Shown one piece after another: positions 57,069 through 64,000 of a stretch of 64,000 nucleotides of DNA; position 1 is the first letter of the stretch, and every line of letters starts with the position of its first letter. Location of the stretch: NCBI GenBank assembly GCA_000990585.1, contig LBQD01000001.1, forward strand, positions 207,276-271,275, in the 5' to 3' direction. Under the pieces are notes generated by a model. The model ran no database searches. It was not told the DNA's origin and saw only the letters and a program-made list of their open reading frames with translations. The DNA is from Candidatus Moranbacteria bacterium GW2011_GWE2_35_2-. GTDB lineage: Bacteria > Patescibacteriota > Minisyncoccia > Moranbacterales > UBA9337. Both the position numbers and the translations under genes were made by a program.

Positions 57069-58322
57069 TCACAAATATTTTCTTTTTTTCAATTTGTCCG
57101 GAAAATATTGCTGCTCGGCATCCTCGGGATTTTCAAAATCCGGAGTATATTTGTAATCCTTTCCGTATCCCAAATTTTTCATAAATTTTGTTGGAGCATT
57201 GCGCAAATGAATCGGAACTGGTTCGGCAGGAAAATTTTCGGCGTCTTTTTTGGCGTTTTCATAAGCAATATACAATTGATTGCTTTTTTTTGATTTTGCC
57301 ATATACACCACCGCTTGCGCCAAATTCACTCCGCATTCCGGCATCCCGATATAATGGCAAGCTTGGTACGCACTCACTGCCTGTTCCAAGGCAAATGAGT
57401 TAGCAATGCCGATATCCTCGGAAGCAAAACGAATCAGTCTGCGAGCAATATACAATGGATCTTCTCCTCCGGAAAGCATCCGCGCCAGCCAATACAGCGC
57501 CGCATTCGCATCTCCTCCACGCATGCTTTTGTGTAGCGCCGAAATAATATTATAGTGTTGCTCTCCCGCCCGGTCATAGAGCAGATTGCTTTTTTGCAAC
57601 GCCTCTTTGATATCTTTTTCGCCGATAACAATTTCTTTTTTATTGTTTTTTACCGCGCTAACCGCAAATTCCAAAACTCCCAGTGCCACCCGCGCGTCGC
57701 CATTGGAAAGCCCGGCGAGAAGTTTGATGTCTTTTTTTGCTATTTTAATTTCAAATTTTCCCAGTCCTTTTTCGCTGTCTTTCAAAGCTCTTTCAATCAA
57801 CACTTTAATATCCTTCTCGTCCAATGATTCTAAAACAAAAACTCGGCTTCTGGAAAGAAGAGCGTAATTGACTTCAAAACTTGGATTTTCTGTTGTTGCT
57901 CCGATTAAAATCAATGTTCCATCTTCAACATACGGCAAAAGCCTGTCTTGTTGCGCTTTGTTGAAACGGTGGATTTCATCTAAAAATAAAATAGTCTTTT
58001 TTGCCGGATTATTTTTCGCTTCTTCGATAATTTTTCTGATTTCTTTGACTCCGCTGGAAACCGCACTGAGATGGAAAAACTTAGCGTTGGTCATCTTGGC
58101 GATGATGCGCGCCAATGTAGTTTTTCCGCTTCCGGGCGGACCCCAAAAGATCATCGAAGGAATTTGATCGCTTTCGATTATTTTACGTAATATTTTTCCC
58201 TCACCGATAATACCTTCTTGCCCGACAAAATCGGAAAGCTTCTCAGGACGCATCCGATCCGCCAAAGGTTTCTTGTTTTCGTTATCAAGCATAAATATTT
58301 CAACTGATAATCTATTTTTCAC
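57069..58322 (-). CDS. rarA: Replication-associated recombination protein A (AAA+ ATPase RarA/MgsA)
   Basis: MRPEKLSDFVGQE, Walker A GPPGSGKTTLARIIA, Walker B LFLDEIHRFNKAQQD, and the MgsA C-terminal domain. Confidence 0.85.
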   Translation of the reverse strand: MKNRLSVEIFMLDNENKKPLADRMRPEKLSDFVGQEGIIGEGKILRKIIESDQIPSMIFWGPPGSGKTTLARIIAKMTNAKFFHLSAVSSGVKEIRKIIEEAKNNPAKKTILFLDEIHRFNKAQQDRLLPYVEDGTLILIGATTENPSFEVNYALLSRSRVFVLESLDEKDIKVLIERALKDSEKGLGKFEIKIAKKDIKLLAGLSNGDARVALGVLEFAVSAVKNNKKEIVIGEKDIKEALQKSNLLYDRAGEQHYNIISALHKSMRGGDANAALYWLARMLSGGEDPLYIARRLIRFASEDIGIANSFALEQAVSAYQACHYIGMPECGVNLAQAVVYMAKSKKSNQLYIAYENAKKDAENFPAEPVPIHLRNAPTKFMKNLGYGKDYKYTPDFENPEDAEQQYFPDKLKKRKYL

Positions 58323-58453
58323 CTATTCATTTACAATCTCATCTATTTTAATGATACAACATCTTTATTATATCACTTCCAAATTCCCCCGCAAGGCAAT
58401 CACCCATTAGTTAAAGACCCTCATTCACAAGCACCCTATACAAAAGTAAATTT

Positions 58454-58485
58454 CGACATAATTCCACGACCGTGGAATTATGTCG
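58454..58485. promoter_or_regulatory. 32-bp near-perfect palindrome (15-bp arms, 2-nt centre): candidate operator or terminator between the PaaX-like gene and rarA
   Basis: cgacataattccacg ac cgtggaattatgtcg. It shares the ACG-AC-CGT core with two sites upstream of the PaaX-like gene (59148..59155 and, in inverted form, 59201..59208). Confidence 0.45.
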
Positions 58486-58561
58486 ATTTTCACACATTCA
58501 TTTATGACCACAAAATTATGCGTAATCTCAATTTTTTATGAAATGTATTTGATTTTATTTC

Positions 58562-59131
58562 TTAATTTTTTCCAAAAAAATGTTTCTTAATTTTTTCCTG
58601 ATTATCAATATCCACCGCAATAATCACCCTAACATATTGCTCTGCGAAATACAGTCGCACCAACTCCAAAATCGCCTTTTCAAAAGGATAAGGCGAAACA
58701 AAAACGCTGTGCTGCAATTTGAAAAATTTTAATTCTTTTAAGTGTTCTCTCAAAATATCTCGAAATATCCGATCTTTTTCCGGAATATCAAAAATCACAA
58801 TCCGCCATTTTTTATCCCATTTTTTAGGTTTTTTAAAATTTATCGAACCGCCCAACAAATCCAATTTTCTTGCCTGCTCTTTCCCTTTCGCAGTCAAAAT
58901 CAATTTAAAAGATCCATTTGGAAGTCTTTTTTCTTCTACTAATTTTTCCCCCGAGAGTCGTTTAATGGAACGCTCAAAACTAGATTGATCAACTTTTTTC
59001 CAATCTTTCCGTAAAAGGCGAAACGTCCTGAAATATTGCCTTGACGATGAAGACAAGCCCAGTGCAACACCCCCCAAGAGCGTTATCATTATTTTCTTCT
59101 GTACCGGTCCGAATTTATACATATTCTTCAT
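58562..59131 (-). CDS. PaaX-family transcriptional regulator-like protein (N-terminal wHTH, C-terminal PaaX_C-like domain)
   Basis: WDKKWRIVIFDIPEKDRIFRDILREHLKELKFFKLQHSVFVSPYP matches the PaaX C-domain signature (W..W.hvhFDIPE..R..R..L...GF..LQ.SVWvSP). Confidence 0.5.
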   Translation of the reverse strand: MKNMYKFGPVQKKIMITLLGGVALGLSSSSRQYFRTFRLLRKDWKKVDQSSFERSIKRLSGEKLVEEKRLPNGSFKLILTAKGKEQARKLDLLGGSINFKKPKKWDKKWRIVIFDIPEKDRIFRDILREHLKELKFFKLQHSVFVSPYPFEKAILELVRLYFAEQYVRVIIAVDIDNQEKIKKHFFGKN

Positions 59132-59277
59132 AAAACCACATCAACTTACGACCGTCATAAAATGTGGGATTATTAAAATCAAAAAAACTTACATTAACTT
59201 ACGGTCGTCGGATTATGTTAGATTTTAATAAGCTATATTAAATATATCACTAGATCCTTTCTATCATTTTATTATTG

Positions 59278-59697
59278 TTAATTTCTCCCATTTTTATCTT
59301 TCTTCCAATCCCAGGTAATTTTAATCAGGCTCAGGATAACAAAGAGTGAACCCATCCAAATTGAAACTGATTCTTTGGTGGGTCCGAAGCTCATCCAGCC
59401 TCCCGTATAAACCGGCGCCAGTAAAACGAAAAGCGCGGTAATTCCCATCCAAGATGCCGCAAATTTCAACCATTTTATAAAAATTTTATCAGAGATGAAG
59501 AAAAGAAAAAATGAGATAGCTAATGTAAATAGTGATAAAAACATCAATGGATCGACATATGCATTGTATGAAAATATACAATACTCATTATAATTGCATA
59601 AATCAAATTTATCTTCATTTACAGAAAAATATCCCCATAAAAACACTACCGCACCGATAAACACAACCACGAACCTCCACCAATAAGTTTTTTTCAT
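59278..59697 (-). CDS. Small integral membrane protein, unknown
   Basis: 139 aa with three to four hydrophobic helices. Confidence 0.4.
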   Translation of the reverse strand: MKKTYWWRFVVVFIGAVVFLWGYFSVNEDKFDLCNYNEYCIFSYNAYVDPLMFLSLFTLAISFFLFFISDKIFIKWLKFAASWMGITALFVLLAPVYTGGWMSFGPTKESVSIWMGSLFVILSLIKITWDWKKDKNGRN

Positions 59698-59728
59698 TTT
59701 TTTGTTTTAATTATTAACAAATTATTTT

Positions 59729-62700
59729 TTAATAAAATATCTTGATTGATCCTTTTTCCGTCTGCAGATATGGAACAGTCAGTCCTGGAATTTTTTGCGT
59801 TTTCTTTCCGTTTTCCCATATCCGTGTTTCATTTCTGTTGGAAAAATAGAACGACCGGACAAAATCACTTCCGTTTGTCAAATGCGCATTGAGAATTTGA
59901 AATTTGTTTTTCTTCCAATCAAAATTCCAATGGCATTGGAACAAAGAATTTGAGACATCGGTTTTGACTCCGTCATACGAAATCGAATCAATCTCACTGT
60001 AAACGATATTGCTATTTCCGCGATTTTTTTCTTTGATGTCAATAATCGTACTGTGTCCGGCTTTATCAATCAAGACCGCGATCAAAGTGCTGTTTTTTTC
60101 TTTTTCGCGATTTGCTTGCAAAAAGCGGTTCAAGATATCTTTTGCCCTGTCCCTCAATGGAGGCTTCTGAATCCGCTCTTTCATCCTGACTGAAACATCT
60201 CCGGACAGATTGTCTATTCCGAAAACTTCCAGTTTCTTGGAATCAGGATTAAAAAATATTTTTCCCTCCGGAGCAGTTTTGTCCATTTTCACTTCTATTT
60301 CTTTTACGTCCTCTTCATTTCCCGCCGTGTCAGTTGAAAAATATCGGACATTGAAAATCCCTTCGCCGGAAATTTCAATCGGATTTTCATACACTTCCCA
60401 ACTTGCTCCGCCATCCAGAGAATATTGGGTTTTTTCAATTTCGTTTTCTCCGTCTTCAGCCGAAAACGAAACAGCAACATTTCCAACAAACCAACCGGCA
60501 AGACCCTGCTCTCCTTGCGCGCTGGCAAAAGTTTGCGGAGGATTGCTATCCGGCATCACTCCCACTTCAACAATCGGCTCCGCCTGATAATCCTGCTGTC
60601 CATCGCCATCAATATCCACCTGCAAAACCGGCATTTCCATCAATCCTTGCTCGGAAATTTCCAAAACCGCCGTTGTTTCTTCCGTAGTCGGCAAATTGGC
60701 AAAAACAATCGCGGAAACCGTTTCCTCCCCGCCGGAAATCGGTTGTGCTTCTTCCACTTTCAAAGTATATGTCCCCGCTCCATATCCTTCCAGCTCAACT
60801 CGAACATTTTCTCCGGATCCAAATCCAACATATTTGCGTTCCCCGAATTGGTAATAATAGCTATTGGAAATTCCTTCCTCGAAAACTTCGTATTCTTGTC
60901 CGCCAACTTGAATTTTTTTCGGTCCGGTGTGATTTCCCTTTTCATCATACAAATGAATGTCCAACGGGGAATGCAATGACATTCGCAATCGCGAAGAGGC
61001 ATTTTCGTAATCATCCGGGCGAGAATCTTTGATATATTTCGGCAAATCACCGGATTTATTTGCAATAATATTTGAGATAAATTCCTGTAAATTATCAACT
61101 TCTAAAATATTCTTATGTCCTCTATCAATCGTAATTCCCTTATTATATTCAAACAAATCCACCCAATACCTTTTTACATTATCATTTTCAGGAATCATCA
61201 AGGCGCTAGGTGCGACAACTGTCTTGTCTCCGTCAACCGTAAATTGCGGCTGGTACGTCGGTGCGTATTCCCCGCTTTTCACACAAGAAGGAACTTTTCC
61301 TCCTGTCGGAAAACAATCATATTTTTCCCGCTCTGAATATTTAACCCCGCTTATGGTGTCCAATCCCCAGCCGGCGATTTGAATCGCTTCGACATTTTCC
61401 GGAGGAATCCACGAATCCAAACGCTTGTGCATTTCCGTCGCTTCATCCAAAAGATTTTCCCGCAAAGTATTTTCCCAATCCACTTCACTGTTTTCCGGCT
61501 CTTGGCGACCGTCGCCATCGCCGGTCAAAAAATCTTTCCATTCGTCAAAATCATCAATGTCATCGCCATAGGCATCTTTGAAGCTTTTGTAGCGGGTATT
61601 TTCCGAAGAAAAAGAAACAAAGGGATTTTCAATTCGATCAAAATATTCTTCCGATGGCAAAAGCCCATAGGCTCCCGGCATATTTTCCGCCAACGTTCGA
61701 GCATCTTCCTGGGAAATCAAAGTACCCGCAAGCGCCGGCTCGTCATAACCATACAACATCGCCAAAAGCGCCACCGGGGTTCCTATTTGCGGAGTTGCGA
61801 CAAAAATTATTTTGTCAATTTTGTCCGTCGCGCCACTTTTTTCCAATTCCATCATCAAAGATTTCGCCAAAAGTCCGCCATTGGAATGGGCGACGATTGT
61901 CACTTTTTCGTTTTTTGACGATTCCGCCAATTCCTCAATTTGCTCAAGCGCCGATTTCATTTCCTCTTCCGGATACAACGTTCCGCTTTGGGCAATATCT
62001 TCGACACTCTGCCTCCAATCATAGGCAAAAGACCGAAAATCATTGATGATATTTTCAGATTTCAAGCCGTCTAATTTTTCCAAAAATGTTTTGTAAATGT
62101 TTCCGCCAATCACCGGAATCGCCACTTCATCCAAAATATCCCTTGTGTACACATCTTCAATGCTTTTTCCATCTTCATCCATTCGCAATTCCTCCATATC
62201 ATCGCCAAAATAATTGGGAATCCAAAGCTTATCTTCGCTTCCCAGCATCCCTTCTTTGTACAGCCGGCTGGATTTTATTCCGGGAAGGAAAAGTACATTG
62301 GAAGTGCAAGTCTTACAAATAAATTTTTCCGCGCTCCAATCAATCAAAGTAAAATCCCCGATCAATTTTTCCCCGCCGGAAGAAAAATCCGGCGCCAAAG
62401 CTGGACCGTCTGGACTGCCGTACCAGTTGTTTTCCAAGCGAACCAGATTTTTGTCCCTGCCCAAAATCTCGGAATATTCCGAATAATTCAATGCGGTGGA
62501 AATAAGCGCAGTATTTTGACCATTTCCAAAAAAATTACTGTCGGAAACTTGCAGGAAACTTTTTTCTTCATTGGGATATGATTCAATATACGTTTCGATG
62601 TCCGCATAAAGATTGTTTTTAAATGTGGAGTTTTTAATATCCAGCCTCCCGGAAACAAATTTGAGCGCAGAATTTTTCACTTCTCCGTCATCAGAAACCG

Positions 62701-63280
62701 GAAAACTTTGCGCCTTGGCAATATTGGAAGAAAAAATATTTCCCCAATTTTCGGTCATTATTATTGGCGAAGAGGAAAAACACTCATCAGGAAAATCATT
62801 CCAGTTGTAATATGTTCCCAATTCCACAAAATCGACATAATGAAGTATCGAAGAATCCGCGCCTGCCAAAAAAGATCTGTCGTTAAATTCTATCATTCCT
62901 CGGCTCGGCGCAAAACATTCATCATCAAAAAAAGAAGGATCAACCGGCGGAGAAGTGAAAGTGATTCTTTCCTGTTCTGTTCCCTCCGCGACAATTCTTC
63001 CATAATAAACAGCAAGGCTTTCTCCAAGAATTATTCTCGTTCCTTTCTCAATTGTGAGTGTGGCACCTCCGACTACAACTACCGGAAGCTCGATGGAAAG
63101 ATCCACCTCTCCGCTCCAAACAACATCTTCGTCGATTACATAATAGTTTTCATAATCCAGCCACTCGCCTTCCTCCGAACTTGCGGTAATACTCGCCGAA
63201 TAATGATAATGCGATAAATTAAACCCTACCGGAGAAAATACCATCAAGAAAACAAGAATACTAACGCTGATTTTTTTCAT
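59729..63280 (-). CDS. Giant secreted protein (1183 aa) with an LCAT/PGAP1-like alpha/beta-hydrolase (lipase/acyltransferase) domain
   Basis: Signal peptide MKKISVSILVFLMVFSPVGF. FAYDWRQS (the LCAT-family YDWR motif) and the nucleophile elbow TIVAHSNGGLLAK (GxSxG-like). Long flanking beta-rich regions. Confidence 0.55.
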   Translation of the reverse strand: MKKISVSILVFLMVFSPVGFNLSHYHYSASITASSEEGEWLDYENYYVIDEDVVWSGEVDLSIELPVVVVGGATLTIEKGTRIILGESLAVYYGRIVAEGTEQERITFTSPPVDPSFFDDECFAPSRGMIEFNDRSFLAGADSSILHYVDFVELGTYYNWNDFPDECFSSSPIIMTENWGNIFSSNIAKAQSFPVSDDGEVKNSALKFVSGRLDIKNSTFKNNLYADIETYIESYPNEEKSFLQVSDSNFFGNGQNTALISTALNYSEYSEILGRDKNLVRLENNWYGSPDGPALAPDFSSGGEKLIGDFTLIDWSAEKFICKTCTSNVLFLPGIKSSRLYKEGMLGSEDKLWIPNYFGDDMEELRMDEDGKSIEDVYTRDILDEVAIPVIGGNIYKTFLEKLDGLKSENIINDFRSFAYDWRQSVEDIAQSGTLYPEEEMKSALEQIEELAESSKNEKVTIVAHSNGGLLAKSLMMELEKSGATDKIDKIIFVATPQIGTPVALLAMLYGYDEPALAGTLISQEDARTLAENMPGAYGLLPSEEYFDRIENPFVSFSSENTRYKSFKDAYGDDIDDFDEWKDFLTGDGDGRQEPENSEVDWENTLRENLLDEATEMHKRLDSWIPPENVEAIQIAGWGLDTISGVKYSEREKYDCFPTGGKVPSCVKSGEYAPTYQPQFTVDGDKTVVAPSALMIPENDNVKRYWVDLFEYNKGITIDRGHKNILEVDNLQEFISNIIANKSGDLPKYIKDSRPDDYENASSRLRMSLHSPLDIHLYDEKGNHTGPKKIQVGGQEYEVFEEGISNSYYYQFGERKYVGFGSGENVRVELEGYGAGTYTLKVEEAQPISGGEETVSAIVFANLPTTEETTAVLEISEQGLMEMPVLQVDIDGDGQQDYQAEPIVEVGVMPDSNPPQTFASAQGEQGLAGWFVGNVAVSFSAEDGENEIEKTQYSLDGGASWEVYENPIEISGEGIFNVRYFSTDTAGNEEDVKEIEVKMDKTAPEGKIFFNPDSKKLEVFGIDNLSGDVSVRMKERIQKPPLRDRAKDILNRFLQANREKEKNSTLIAVLIDKAGHSTIIDIKEKNRGNSNIVYSEIDSISYDGVKTDVSNSLFQCHWNFDWKKNKFQILNAHLTNGSDFVRSFYFSNRNETRIWENGKKTQKIPGLTVPYLQTEKGSIKIFY

Positions 63281-63459
63281 TTTTATTTCCGAATTCCGTT
63301 TGAAAAATATACCCCCCTGCCCCTGCCATATTTTCCAAACAAAATATTTTTACCTTCCGCTTATTTACTTTATGCAAATATTATACACCATTATCACATT
63401 TCATTGCATCCGCAAAAATCTACAAAAGTAGAAATCTTATATTGATATCCGACGATGGA

Positions 63460-63990
63460 TTATTTCAAACTCTTCTGATCAATAAATCTTTTCAATTCTT
63501 CTTTCACAATTTTTTCCATCTTGTCATGCGAAATTTTTCCCTTGCCAGAAAGCACTTCCAATTTGTTGACTTTGAGCATTTCATGCAAATACGCCACCCA
63601 ATCTTTCATCGTCCATCACAAAACCCTTCACCATATATTCCCTAAGTTTTTGCGTCGCCCAGATGCGGAATTGCGTGCCACGTAAGGATTTTACCCGATA
63701 ACCAACTGAGATAATAACATCGAGATTGTAAAAGTCTATATCCCTAGAAACAGCTCTGTTGCCTTCTTTTTGAACTATCCGGAATTTCCGGATAGTTGGA
63801 TTGGATTCCAGCTCTCCCTCTGTGTATACATTCTGAATATGTTCATTCAGGTTCTAACATCCTTATCAAAAAGCTCGGCCATTTGTTTCTGATTAAGCCA
63901 AACAGTTTCACCTTCAAGATTCACCTCTATTTCCGTTTTTCCGTCTTCCGTTTTGTATAAAATTATTTTATTATTTGATTTTTCCTCCAT
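63460..63990 (-). pseudogene. RhuM-family (virulence-protein RhuM-like) gene disrupted by frameshifts
   Basis: Minus-strand frame A gives MEEKSNNKIILYKTEDGKTEIEVNLEGETVWLNQKQMAELFDKDVRT and then a stop. Frame B continues with HIQNVYTEGELESNPTIRKFRIVQKEGNRAVSRDIDFYNLDVIISVGYRVKSLRGTQFRIWATQKLREYMVKGFVMDDERLGG, matching the conserved RhuM core. A third frame carries the C-terminal remainder. Confidence 0.5.
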
Positions 63991-64000
63991 TTTTTTATTT

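Noticed and set aside
58562-59131. Cas2-like reading of the C-terminal FDIPE...LQHSVFV segment
   Set aside because: It is superficially Cas2-like, but the W..W.hvhFDIPE..R..R..L...GF..LQ.SVWvSP signature plus the N-terminal wHTH fit the PaaX family better. No CRISPR array or other cas genes are nearby.
63442-63645. 67-aa + strand ORF near the window end
   Set aside because: It is antisense to the RhuM-family pseudogene fragments.

Overview
This is an AT-rich, gene-dense bacterial window. Most genes are on the minus strand and the intergenic regions are short. The content resembles a reduced-genome Patescibacteria/CPR-like organism, which is an inference, not a database result.

Recognisable core genes:
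- Isoprenoid and tRNA/translation: the ispG C-terminus, lysS, rlmN, lepA, rplU and prmC.
- Replication and repair: dnaB, recR, rarA, a 3-methyladenine glycosylase and a DnaQ-like exonuclease.
- Glycolysis: gap, pgk, eno and gpmI.
- Cell envelope: murD, murJ, an LD-carboxypeptidase, a WecA/MraY-family transferase, GT1 and GT2 glycosyltransferases, and a DUF4012-like protein.
- Redox: trxB.
- Hydrogen metabolism: a two-gene [NiFe]-hydrogenase (small and large subunit) with scattered maturation genes. These are hypE, a HypF-like gene carrying only the Kae1 domain, and a HypA-like gene lacking the zinc finger.
- Surface and regulation: a type IV pilin, a sensor histidine kinase and a PaaX-family regulator.

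Most notable features:
1. A visibly GC-richer island at about 48540..50262. It carries a sigma70-like promoter, a 54-aa Cys/Gly-rich precursor peptide that the ORF track misses, and a radical-SAM/SPASM maturase. This is a SCIFF/ranthipeptide-like RiPP cassette, probably horizontally acquired. An HExxH protein lies next to it.
2. A four-gene minus-strand operon at 9561..14541. It encodes a sigma70-region-4 plus HARE-HTH DNA-binding protein, a membrane protein, a TraG/VirD4/HerA-like P-loop ATPase with a Q/S-rich tail and zinc ribbon, and a membrane-anchored Cys-rich polyacidic protein.
3. An identical 62-bp promoter and leader element upstream of two unrelated genes.
4. A GC-rich gene encoding a secreted protein with a PEP-CTERM-like C-terminal sorting tail, next to the pilin gene.
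5. Exact 4x heptanucleotide microsatellites inserted in-frame in lepA, the hypF-like gene and prmC.
6. A 45-aa Lys/Ala-repeat basic protein gene hidden antisense to a spurious ORF.
7. Palindromic ACG-NN-CGT sites flanking the PaaX-like regulator.
8. A frameshifted RhuM-family pseudogene at the window end.

No rRNA, tRNA or CRISPR array was recognised by eye.
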